DNA of 64,000 nt from Vulcanimicrobiota bacterium (GTDB lineage: Bacteria; Vulcanimicrobiota; Xenobia; Xenobiales; JADMJV01). A program made the translations under genes and the position numbers. Under the pieces are notes generated by a model, which was given only the letters and a program-made list of their open reading frames with translations, did no database searches and had not been told where the DNA came from. Location of the stretch: positions 1,384,008 to 1,448,007 of the forward strand of contig JBFWNU010000001.1 in the NCBI GenBank assembly GCA_050250895.1, read 5' to 3'. Positions 20,043 to 30,916 of the stretch are shown here, in pieces. Within the stretch, counting starts at the first letter, position 1, and each line of letters starts with the position of its first letter.

Positions 20043-21137
20043 CTAGGGTCTTTCGGCGACCGAGTAGCGAAGGTGTTCTTCCCCTCGCTCGACCACCTGG
20101 AGAAAAGCCTTGACCGCGGCAGGGTCCAGTTGCGAGCCAGCCGCTTCAGACAGACGCCGGATCGCCTCTTCCCTGGGCAAGGCCTTGCGGTAGACCCGAT
20201 CCGAGGTCATGGCATCCCAGGTGTCGGCCACGGCGATGATGCGAGCGAAGATATGAATGTCCTCTCCGCTGAGACCGTCGGGATAGCCTTTTCCGTCAAA
20301 CCGTTCCTGATGTTGACGGATGGAAAGCTTGACTCGGCGGGGGATATCGATGGGTAGCACCAGCGCTTCACCGAGCAAAGCGTGCTTTTCCATCTCTTTG
20401 CGTTCGTTTTCGTCGAGCTGGCCGGGTTTTTGCAGCACGGCGTCAGGGACCCCGATCTTACCGGCGTCGTGGAGAAAGCTCGAAATCTCGAGGTCGTGCA
20501 GGTCTTCGTCGGGCAGGCCCAGTTCGCGGCCGATGGCCATCGAGTAGCCACAAACCCGCTCGATATGCCCCCGAGTGTAGGCGTCTTTGGCCTCGATGGC
20601 GTTGGCCAGGACCAGGATAATCTCTTTGCGCGTCTTGTACAGGCGGGCATTCTCGATCGCGCCCGCGGCCTGTTGGGCGATGAGGGTCAGCAATTCGAGC
20701 TGGGCTGGTTTGAAGATGCCGGCCTGGATGCGATTGTCGACATAGATCAGACCGCGCACCTCGCCCTTGAAAATGATGGGCACGGCCATGATCGAGCGGA
20801 TGTTGTGTAGAGAGACGCTCTGAAACGAGTTGAAGCGGGCGTCTTTCATGGCGTTGTCGCTCAAAATGGGCTCGCCCGTCTCGAGTACCTGCAAGACCTG
20901 GTTGCGACTGACGGAAAAGTCGTCGGCCTCGATGGTTTCGTGGTTCATGCCACGGGCCACCACCTGGGCGAACTGCATGCCCTCTTCGCGCAAGAAGATG
21001 CAGCCGCGTTCGGCCTGAACAACCTCGATGACCTTGTCCATCACGTTGTTGAGGACGTCTTGAAAATCCAACGAGGAGTTGAAGAAGGCACCTACGTCGA
21101 GCAGTAGTCGCAGCGTTGAAGTTTCTAACTGAGACAT
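20043..21137 (-). CDS. GAF + HD-GYP cyclic-dinucleotide phosphodiesterase
   Basis: GAF (SIMAVPI, GLIYVDN, AIENARLY); YTRGHIERV, LHDAGK, HQERFDGKGYP, ADTWDAM, RVYR. Confidence 0.93.
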   Translation of the reverse strand: MSQLETSTLRLLLDVGAFFNSSLDFQDVLNNVMDKVIEVVQAERGCIFLREEGMQFAQVVARGMNHETIEADDFSVSRNQVLQVLETGEPILSDNAMKDARFNSFQSVSLHNIRSIMAVPIIFKGEVRGLIYVDNRIQAGIFKPAQLELLTLIAQQAAGAIENARLYKTRKEIILVLANAIEAKDAYTRGHIERVCGYSMAIGRELGLPDEDLHDLEISSFLHDAGKIGVPDAVLQKPGQLDENERKEMEKHALLGEALVLPIDIPRRVKLSIRQHQERFDGKGYPDGLSGEDIHIFARIIAVADTWDAMTSDRVYRKALPREEAIRRLSEAAGSQLDPAAVKAFLQVVERGEEHLRYSVAERP

Positions 21138-21245
21138 TGGCGCACCGTTCTTCGACAGGGTCTCCCGATAGGACCTTCCCCCGGGTTGTTTAAAAAGGCT
21201 TGTAACATTCCTGGCGGCGACCGGTCATGCTAGAGAGGAGGCAGC

Positions 21246-21836
21246 TTGTCAGAAAACGACCGGATCCTGGTGGCCCGGGCTCAAAAGGGTGACCGCGAGG
21301 CTTTCGAGGTGCTGGTCGAGCAACATGCCAGGCCTATCTATACTTTGGTCTTTCGCATGGTGCGAGGGCGTCGAGAGGAGGCAGAGGACTTGACCCAGGA
21401 AGTGATGTTGCGGGCCTTCAAGGCTCTGCCCCGGTTTCGCGGCGAGGCCAAGTTCTCGACCTGGCTGCACCGCATCGCCGTCAATCTGACTCTCAACCGG
21501 CTGCAGAAGAAGAGTTTGAATCCTCAGTCCTTGAGTCAGGGAGACGAGGGTGACGGAGAGCATTGGCTAGAGATTCCCGACACTTCGATGGCTCCCGAGG
21601 TGATGGCCGAACGGGCCGAGACCATGGCCTGTGTCCGGGCCGCCTTAGCGGAAATGTCCGAGAGCCTGCGGGTGGTTTTCTTGATGCGCGAGCTGCAGGG
21701 CATGTCCCACGATGACATCGCGGCCACCCTGGGAGCTAGCTCCGAGGCCGTTCGCGTGCGCCATCATCGGGCCAAGAAAGAGTTGGTAAAGCGACTGGCC
21801 TCGCTCAAGAGGGCCAGGGAGGGCAAACCGGCATGA
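21246..21836 (+). CDS. ECF RNA polymerase sigma factor (RpoE-like)
   Basis: AEDLTQE, FSTWLHRIAVN region 2; region 4 GMSHDDIA..VRVRHHRAK; SD GAGGAGG before TTG. Confidence 0.93.
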   Translation: MSENDRILVARAQKGDREAFEVLVEQHARPIYTLVFRMVRGRREEAEDLTQEVMLRAFKALPRFRGEAKFSTWLHRIAVNLTLNRLQKKSLNPQSLSQGDEGDGEHWLEIPDTSMAPEVMAERAETMACVRAALAEMSESLRVVFLMRELQGMSHDDIAATLGASSEAVRVRHHRAKKELVKRLASLKRAREGKPA

Positions 21837-23245
21837 GTTCCGAGGAACGCTTGACTCAAGAAGAAGAACAGCTCTTTGCCGATCTTCAAGGCTTGCTCTC
21901 GGAGGTGGTCGAGCCCGAGCTACCCGAGGGCTTTACAGACCGATTTCGGGCTCGCCTCGACCGGCTCGAGTCGGGCCAGGATCGTCTGGAAGAGACTCCT
22001 GCCGCTTGGCTTGGCGAGGCTCCCAGGGTGGTCGTGCTCGAGCCCCGTCAGGGCGGACGTAGCTGGGTTCGGCCGTTCCTGGCCGCCGCGGCCGTGGTTT
22101 TGATGGTGTTCGGAGTCTCCTTGTGGCTTTCGCGCGGAGTGGCGCCTTCTGCCGATCCGCCCCAGGCGATGCTGGCCCACGCCGAGGGCCCGGTAGAATT
22201 GGCCGACGGCTCGGTGGACCGCCAGGTGAGCCAGACAACCGCTCTCGAGCCGGGCACGGTGATCACCACCAGGAAGGATAACTTCGGCGTGGTAGTGCTG
22301 GGGGAAGAGGCAAACCAGGTTCGGTTTGGCGAAGATACGGTGGTCAAAGTGAACAAACTCGCTCGTTTTCGGCGTGACCACCAGCCCCTGGAGGGCGAGT
22401 TCGAGTTGGCCCGAGGCCGCCTGTGGGTGACCGAGAAGTCGGCTCGTCTGGCCGTGCGCACTCCCAACGCCATCCTGATCCCGGTGGGGACCGAGTATGA
22501 GGCCCATACCGGCGAAGACGGGACCGAGGTGGTGGTGTGGGAGGGCGAGGTGCTCGCTCGTTCGCTGGACGGGCGGCATTCAGTGCATATCCATGAGGGT
22601 GAAGAGTTGTCGCTGGATCAGCAGTTCGACTGGTCGCCGCGACGGGTGAGGCCGATTCGAGAAGGCCGCGAAGAATCGGGTTGGCATCTCAAGAACCGCC
22701 GGCTGAGACTATTGAATCGGCCGGGCTTGCGTCGCCAGCTCAGTCCCGCCCCGATGGCCGATAAACCCCGCCTGTTGCCGGGTCTCCGGCGCCGAATGCA
22801 GTCGGCTCGAAAGCGCACTCCGCCCCAGCCGGTGACCACTCCCCAGGCTCCAGCCATCAGGCCGCGGGCGAGGCCGGACTACCGGCGACGTCCAGTTCCC
22901 GCCAGGACGCCCACCGGGCTCGACGGACGGCCGCGGGTTCGCGAGCGAATTCAAGAGCGCCTCAGCGACCAGCCCAACTATCCCCGGCGTCGACGCGAAC
23001 AAGTGCGCGAGACGGTTCGCGAACGCGTTGAAAATCGACGGCCGGAGCGGCGTCCGGCGGTCCGAGCCACCCAGCCGCCGGTCTCCCGACCGCGCGTCGA
23101 CGCGCGTCAGAACATCAGGCGGCCTGGGTTTCGAGCCAATCGCGTAAGGAGAGGGCAGCCGGATCAGGGCTCAGTGAGAACCCCACCACCTGTCGCCCCC
23201 GCTGGTTCAAGGCCTGGTACCAGACGGGTCTTGCCTCGACGGTGA
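21833..23245 (+). CDS. FecR-domain anti-sigma factor with long Arg/Pro-rich C-terminal tail
   Basis: ATGA-coupled to sigma; single TM (AAAAVVLMVFGVSLWL); FecR-like LARGRLW, VRTPNA..VGTEY, VWEGEV. Confidence 0.8.
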   Translation: MSSEERLTQEEEQLFADLQGLLSEVVEPELPEGFTDRFRARLDRLESGQDRLEETPAAWLGEAPRVVVLEPRQGGRSWVRPFLAAAAVVLMVFGVSLWLSRGVAPSADPPQAMLAHAEGPVELADGSVDRQVSQTTALEPGTVITTRKDNFGVVVLGEEANQVRFGEDTVVKVNKLARFRRDHQPLEGEFELARGRLWVTEKSARLAVRTPNAILIPVGTEYEAHTGEDGTEVVVWEGEVLARSLDGRHSVHIHEGEELSLDQQFDWSPRRVRPIREGREESGWHLKNRRLRLLNRPGLRRQLSPAPMADKPRLLPGLRRRMQSARKRTPPQPVTTPQAPAIRPRARPDYRRRPVPARTPTGLDGRPRVRERIQERLSDQPNYPRRRREQVRETVRERVENRRPERRPAVRATQPPVSRPRVDARQNIRRPGFRANRVRRGQPDQGSVRTPPPVAPAGSRPGTRRVLPRR

Positions 23246-23429
23246 AGGTGACGTCGGGGTCGACCTCGAGCACCAGAGTGTAGTCGCGCTCTTCAAGCGC
23301 GTTGTCGGTAACGATTTTGACCCCCAGCCACGACACATCCAGGGCCTGAACGGTCCGTTCTTCGCCCAGAAACTTGACGGGAAAGATCTTTTCCAGGCGG
23401 GCTGCCTGGCGCTTTTCCTCTAATTTCAT
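23115..23429 (-). CDS. PilZ domain protein
   Basis: RxxxR (RQAAR) and DxSxxG (DVSWLG) c-di-GMP motifs, beta-barrel ending VVGFSL. Confidence 0.85.
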   Translation of the reverse strand: MKLEEKRQAARLEKIFPVKFLGEERTVQALDVSWLGVKIVTDNALEERDYTLVLEVDPDVTFTVEARPVWYQALNQRGRQVVGFSLSPDPAALSLRDWLETQAA

Positions 23430-23472
23430 GCCTAAGGTCTTCCCGCCAGGCCGTTAGGGAAAACCTGGCATC

Positions 23473-23518
23473 TTGTTAACCTGGATTTCATTTTTGGGCC
23501 CCGGCGGCGGGTTATCTT
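23473..23518 (+). promoter_or_regulatory. Promoter/operator shared with the second S8 protease
   Basis: TTGTTAA-N7-TTCAT-N14-GGCGG-N2-TATCTT, ungapped match to 32189-32234. Confidence 0.65.
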
Positions 23519-23559
23519 CGCTTCGACAGAACCTACACCCCGTCGCGAGGAGGAAGACG

Positions 23560-25899
<2,340 letters not shown>

Positions 25900-25917
25900 A
25901 GCCTAGGAACGTGGTCT

Positions 25918-25962
25918 GACCCCCCGGCTGGTTTGGGTTCCCAGCCGGGGGGTCTTTTTTTT
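25918..25962 (+). terminator. Rho-independent terminator
   Basis: GACCCCCCGGCTGG ... CCAGCCGGGGGGTC 14-bp stem followed by T8. Confidence 0.92.
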
Positions 25963-26052
25963 GTCCGCAGAAGCAGTTTTCGATCTTGCGCCGAATCTCC
26001 CCGATAGTGTCGCCTCGGACGCGGCCGGGTCGGGGTGAGCCAAGCAGACTGA

Positions 26053-27156
26053 ATGTCGATTTTCAAGAATTTCTTCAAGAAGACCGCTGGTCCCGACTAC
26101 ACCTGGTCGGCCGCCGAAGAGAACCCCTGGGGTGTGCGGGTGCTCGACATCCGCTCGCTCACCCTGACGGCTGCTCCCGAAGCCGGTGACGGAGCAACCC
26201 CCATGACCATTGACGACCGCTTCGAGCTGAAGGTGGCCAGTGAGCGGGTGGTAACCCTCGAGCTGGTTTATCGGCTCGATCCAATCCTCGTCGACGGGCC
26301 GCTCTTTCTACCTTCAAATCCGCTGGAAAGGTGGGCTCTGTTTGTGCAGGGCGATCATCTGCTGGCCGTCCGCGGCTCGAGTCGCGAGGTCGCTGCCGTG
26401 GTCAGCCTGGAGCGCGAATCCAACCGAGTCCGACTGCTCGAGTTGCGCGGGTTCGTCACGTCGGAACACGAGTCTCGACAGTTCAGCTCGCAGGCCCTGG
26501 ACTTCTTGATCCGAACGTTTGCCCTGGGCCAGGTCTACCCCGCCCCCTGCCCGGTAGCTCAAGCCAAACATCCTAACGAGGCTGCTCACTGGGCGCTTTC
26601 AACCTACGGCAGCCGGGCTCAATTCGCCGTCTTCGAGGACTTCCATCGGGGGGTTCCCGATGAACCTCTGCGAACCATCTCCCCGCTGCATCGAGCCGTG
26701 CTCGACGGCGACACGCAGCGGGTGCGCGATTGCCTCGAGCAAGGCATACCGATCGATCTGATGGCCAACGACGGCCTGACTCCTCTGCACTGGGCCGCCG
26801 CCGCGGGTCAAATCGAAGTGATCCGGTCGTTGGTCGAACTGGGTGCTGATCCCAACGCAGTGGGGGAAGAGGGCGAAACGGCCTTGATGGTAGCCATCCA
26901 GAGCGCTCAATCCCAGGCGGTCGAGGCGCTCCTGAGTCTGGGAACCGATCCCCATCGGGCCGACCAGCGCGGCTTCACGGCCCTGCATCGAGGTGCTGAA
27001 ATGGGTCAACTGGATACCGTCCGCAGGCTCATCGAGGCCGGGGTGGATCCCAATGTCGAGGCCCGTGGTTACAACGCTTTGACCCTGGCCACCAAACACG
27101 AGCAGCAAGCCGTGGTCGAGTTGCTCGAGAGCCTGCTCGAGGTCGACGAGAGTTAA
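26053..27156 (+). CDS. Ankyrin-repeat protein with uncharacterised N-terminal domain
   Basis: SPLHRAV, GLTPLHWAA, GETALMVA, GFTALHRGA, GYNALTLA repeats in the C-terminal half. Confidence 0.9.
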   Translation: MSIFKNFFKKTAGPDYTWSAAEENPWGVRVLDIRSLTLTAAPEAGDGATPMTIDDRFELKVASERVVTLELVYRLDPILVDGPLFLPSNPLERWALFVQGDHLLAVRGSSREVAAVVSLERESNRVRLLELRGFVTSEHESRQFSSQALDFLIRTFALGQVYPAPCPVAQAKHPNEAAHWALSTYGSRAQFAVFEDFHRGVPDEPLRTISPLHRAVLDGDTQRVRDCLEQGIPIDLMANDGLTPLHWAAAAGQIEVIRSLVELGADPNAVGEEGETALMVAIQSAQSQAVEALLSLGTDPHRADQRGFTALHRGAEMGQLDTVRRLIEAGVDPNVEARGYNALTLATKHEQQAVVELLESLLEVDES

Positions 27157-27203
27157 CAACGCCAGGCAGGCCGCCGTGGGCAGGTTCCAGAAACCCACGG
27201 CTT

Positions 27204-28277
27204 ATGCACATGCGAGCCTGGTTGCTGGAAGCCCTCAAGTTCTATATGCCGATGGGCTTCTTCCGCCAGGCTCCTGACCCGGTCGCCCTGGCCGAAGAGT
27301 TGATCGAGCCTCTCTTTGGTGACAGCCCCTTCGATCCCAACGATCCGGTCCAGGACCTTTACCTCCTCAGCTTTGACCGCTCCCGTGCCTTGTGCGACCA
27401 GATCTGCTTCGGGGAGGCCCTGGCTCCCGGCAACGACGCCTACGTGGGGGTGCTCGAAGCGCTGGCTAAAATCTCCCGAGGCCACTTTACTCCCAAGGAC
27501 ATCCGCGAAGAGTGGCTCGGTCGCGAGGGCCCCATCAAACTCTCCTTCAACTTTCGCGGTCAGGAGCGCACCGTCCAAGTCGGCATGTGGGAGGGGTTCT
27601 TCGACTTTCGTATTCTGCTGCAACTCAACCACATGCTGCGCGAGAGCTTGTATCGCTTCGAGATGGTGCCCCTCGACGATATGCTCTTCGTGTGCGTGCT
27701 CAAGGCTGACGAAAAGCTCAACATGGAGCGCCTGCGCGGCCTGACCTTCATGGTGCTCGATCTTAGTCGAATGTTTCGGCCGCTCTCGCGATTGATGCGC
27801 GAGATGGCCCTGCCAGAAGAAGACGAGACGGTCACTTACTTTGGCACGCTCAACGAGATGTCGGACCGTTGTGTGGGCCGGCTCATGTTGGAGTTGATCG
27901 GGGAAGAGGTCGAGGGCGGCCTGGTCTATGATGGTGAGGCCCATCAGGAAGATCTTGGCTTTATCGGCCGCCTCGATCCCTCGACCGGCTTTTTCAAAGG
28001 CACCATCGAAGGGCAGATTCGCGCCGCCGGGAAGGCCCGTCCCTACTGCGGCGAGTGGGAGGGGCACCTGGTCCCCGGCAACCGGGTCATTACCGGAACC
28101 TGGAAGGGCTGGTTCAAAGACGAGAAAGAGATCGTCTATGAAGGTCAGTTTGCGGCCATCGAAAAGGGCATGCTGATGTCTGGTGACCCCCACCTCGAGC
28201 GGGTGGCCGAGTGGCTCAAGCAGGTCTGGACCTGCCGCAACGCCGTGGATTATCCCTGGATCTTGCCCTGCGATTAG
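27204..28277 (+). CDS. Hypothetical protein
   Basis: 357-aa ORF, strong coding bias, own promoter motif; no family recognised. Confidence 0.75.
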   Translation: MHMRAWLLEALKFYMPMGFFRQAPDPVALAEELIEPLFGDSPFDPNDPVQDLYLLSFDRSRALCDQICFGEALAPGNDAYVGVLEALAKISRGHFTPKDIREEWLGREGPIKLSFNFRGQERTVQVGMWEGFFDFRILLQLNHMLRESLYRFEMVPLDDMLFVCVLKADEKLNMERLRGLTFMVLDLSRMFRPLSRLMREMALPEEDETVTYFGTLNEMSDRCVGRLMLELIGEEVEGGLVYDGEAHQEDLGFIGRLDPSTGFFKGTIEGQIRAAGKARPYCGEWEGHLVPGNRVITGTWKGWFKDEKEIVYEGQFAAIEKGMLMSGDPHLERVAEWLKQVWTCRNAVDYPWILPCD

Positions 28278-28281
28278 AGCG

Positions 28282-28680
28282 TCAATACATTTCGCAGATC
28301 AAGTAGGGGGCCTTAAGCAGACCGAAGCAGCCCTCGATCCTCTGGGTTGCGTGGCACTGGCCGTTGTCGCGACCCAGCCAATAGGTTCCCGATTTGTCAA
28401 AGGGGGCCGTGTGGGGCGAATTGCAGAAGGTGAGTCCGCCCCCCATCTGGTCGCAGGCGTGCCATCCCTGGCTTTCCATGTAGCTTTCAAATCGGGCCGA
28501 GTCCCGATAGACGTAGCAAGTGTGGCCGTGTGGGTCGACGTAGGAGGCCACCTGGCTGGGACTGAGTTCGGCCCGCAGCACGGCGGGCGCTACCGTCAAA
28601 GGGTGGCCCCAGGGGCGGCAGTAATACCAGGCCAGGGTGGCGGGCAGCATCAGCATGAACCAGACCAGCAGTTTTCTCAT
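28282..28680 (-). CDS. Small exported/membrane-anchored Cys-containing hypothetical protein
   Basis: N-terminal hydrophobic stretch; TAGTAT 6 nt before the ATG. Confidence 0.65.
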   Translation of the reverse strand: MRKLLVWFMLMLPATLAWYYCRPWGHPLTVAPAVLRAELSPSQVASYVDPHGHTCYVYRDSARFESYMESQGWHACDQMGGGLTFCNSPHTAPFDKSGTYWLGRDNGQCHATQRIEGCFGLLKAPYLICEMY

Positions 28681-28771
28681 CAAGTCATACTACGCCCGCC
28701 GGCCAAATCGGTTCTATTGCAAAAGTCACGCTTTCAGACAATTTTCCGAGACCCCCACTAGACTGGGCCAA

Positions 28772-29758
28772 ATGGGGTCCTCCTTCTCCATAGGCACAGC
28801 TGTGCGACAACATGCTCGCACCGTGCATGCTTACACCAAGCCAAGACCCACCACCGCCGGCAATTTCGAAAAATCGGACTATCTTCAGGCGGTGGGCACG
28901 GGAGCCATCGAGGGCTTCTATATGCTGGGGCCGGTCGGCGCCTTGTCGGCCGGTGGCGCGGCCTTGACCGGAGTGGTCATGCGTCGCCACAATTTCGGCA
29001 AGGTCACCTCGGCCATGACCAGCGCTGCTACCGGGGCGGCCCTGGCCGCAGCGGCCGGTCACTTTCTGGGCACCGGCAGCATCGGTCTGGCAGTGATGGG
29101 CGGTGTTTGCGGTGCCTACGCCTGTCTGCGGGGTGACAAAGAGTCCCGGCTGCGCGACGCCGGTTTTGCCGGCTTGACCTACTGTGCCCCGTTTTTGCCC
29201 GGTCCGGGCAAGGCTGCGGTTGGCATCGCGGCCGCCGTGGCTGCCCATTGCGAGAGCGATTGGGCCCGGGCGGCGGTGGGCGGAAGTTTGGGCGGCGCTA
29301 TCGGAGTGGGGTTGGCCCTCTCGGGACTGACCGGCGCGACCCCCCTGGTGGCCGGTCTGGCCGGAGCCACGGCCGGGGCGCTCGGTCCCATTATCGGACC
29401 GCGCCTGACTCAAGTCATGCGTAACGTCTACGAGGATGTTGGCCAGCGACTCAACCACAACAAGAGTGACGAGCCGACCCCGGCCGACGACCATCGCAGC
29501 CGGGTCTATCGCTCCTTGGGAGCCGTGCCGGTAGCCTTCGCCAAGGAGATGGTGCTGGCCACCATTCTGGCTGATGGCAATTGGGCTCACGGCCTGATCG
29601 GCGGGGTGGTGGACGCCAGTATGGGTTTCTATACGATGTATCGCGCTAAGGTCGAGGACTCACCGGCGGGGCTCGACGGCCACCAGGAAGTTCGAGGCCA
29701 GCAGGGCGGGCCCGAGCCCATAAAAGTAGAGCTTCAGAAAAGTGAAGCTGATGGGTAG
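28772..29758 (+). CDS. Gly/Ala-rich glycine-zipper membrane protein
   Basis: Repeated GxxxG hydrophobic helices (VGGSLGGAIGVGLALSG, GLAGATAGALG); TAGACT 7 nt before the ATG. Confidence 0.7.
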   Translation: MGSSFSIGTAVRQHARTVHAYTKPRPTTAGNFEKSDYLQAVGTGAIEGFYMLGPVGALSAGGAALTGVVMRRHNFGKVTSAMTSAATGAALAAAAGHFLGTGSIGLAVMGGVCGAYACLRGDKESRLRDAGFAGLTYCAPFLPGPGKAAVGIAAAVAAHCESDWARAAVGGSLGGAIGVGLALSGLTGATPLVAGLAGATAGALGPIIGPRLTQVMRNVYEDVGQRLNHNKSDEPTPADDHRSRVYRSLGAVPVAFAKEMVLATILADGNWAHGLIGGVVDASMGFYTMYRAKVEDSPAGLDGHQEVRGQQGGPEPIKVELQKSEADG

Positions 29759-30916
29759 TCGAAAGACGAACAGAAAGAGCCCGAGCAGTCCCGAGCCTAG
29801 CAAGATGGCCGTGGTCACGGCCATCACCTGACGCGGCCAGCCTTTGTGACAGCTGAAGGTGGCCCCGCACAGCAGCGGTGCGGTCACGAACATCACATTG
29901 CCAATGTAGGCCGTCACCGAGCCGATCAAGGTATTGTAGAGCCAACAAAGCAAGGCTCCCAACCACAGAGAGCCGATCAGGTTGCTCTCGATCACCTCTT
30001 CGGCGGTCAGGATCTTGCGGCCGTAGGGGTTGAGTCGCAAGAGCAGACTGGTGGCCGCCCGGGCCACCCAGGTGAGATAGGTGAACAGCCGCCAGACCAA
30101 CAGCAGCGGGGCCAGCACGGTGGCTAGAGCCGGATAGCGCTCGGCCAGGCCGTCGAGGGCGCGCTTGGCGATATAGCTCACCACCAGCATTTGCTGTTGG
30201 ACCTGGTGAGAATGTTTGACCATCCAGAGGTTGTATTTGAGGATGACACCGTAGAAAGGGTACTGCATTCGCAAGGCGTTCACGAAGCCGTCGCGGGCCC
30301 ACTCGAGTTCGGGCTCGAGGGTCAGGGCCTGTTGAAATCGCTCGAGCGCTTTCTGGCGGTTGTTGGACTCTAGCTCGACCCAGCCGAGATTGGCCAGGGT
30401 AAGAGCGTTTTCGGGATCCTCGGCCAGGGCGTTTTCGAGGGCTTCGCGAGCATCAGACTTTAGTCCGGAACGAATCAGAGCCAGGGCCCGGGCGTTGACC
30501 AGGCCTTCGTGGTAGGGCGCGAATTCGAGCCCTTTCTCGGCCCACTCGCGGGCCCGAGCCCAGTCGCTTCGGTCGATGGCCAGAAAGGCCGCCAGGGAGA
30601 GATAATCCGGATTATCGGGAGCTAAGCTCAAGGCCGCCTTGAGGCAGAAGGCGGCTTCGTCGGGGCGATTGCGGTGGCGAAAGACGACCGCTCCGGCGTA
30701 GTGGCCCACGGGGTTGTCGGGCTCGGCCCCCTGGGCCTGGGTGGCCATTTCCGTGGCCTGCTGGTAGTTTTCGAGATGCAGCTGGCAAAGGGCACCCAGC
30801 GCGAGCGCATCGGCGTCTTCGGCCTGCTCGCTGAGGTGGCCCTGAATCTCTTCAAGCGCCTGGCTGTACTTCTGCTGCTCAAACAGGATTTGGGCTTTCT
30901 GATAACTCTGGCTCAT
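29660..30916 (-). CDS. TPR-repeat protein with C-terminal multi-TM domain
   Basis: Repeated AL...PDN/PEN TPR units; about 5 C-terminal TM helices; ATGA-coupled to the AAA gene. Confidence 0.88.
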   Translation of the reverse strand: MSQSYQKAQILFEQQKYSQALEEIQGHLSEQAEDADALALGALCQLHLENYQQATEMATQAQGAEPDNPVGHYAGAVVFRHRNRPDEAAFCLKAALSLAPDNPDYLSLAAFLAIDRSDWARAREWAEKGLEFAPYHEGLVNARALALIRSGLKSDAREALENALAEDPENALTLANLGWVELESNNRQKALERFQQALTLEPELEWARDGFVNALRMQYPFYGVILKYNLWMVKHSHQVQQQMLVVSYIAKRALDGLAERYPALATVLAPLLLVWRLFTYLTWVARAATSLLLRLNPYGRKILTAEEVIESNLIGSLWLGALLCWLYNTLIGSVTAYIGNVMFVTAPLLCGATFSCHKGWPRQVMAVTTAILLGSGLLGLFLFVFRLPISFTFLKLYFYGLGPALLASNFLVAVEPRR

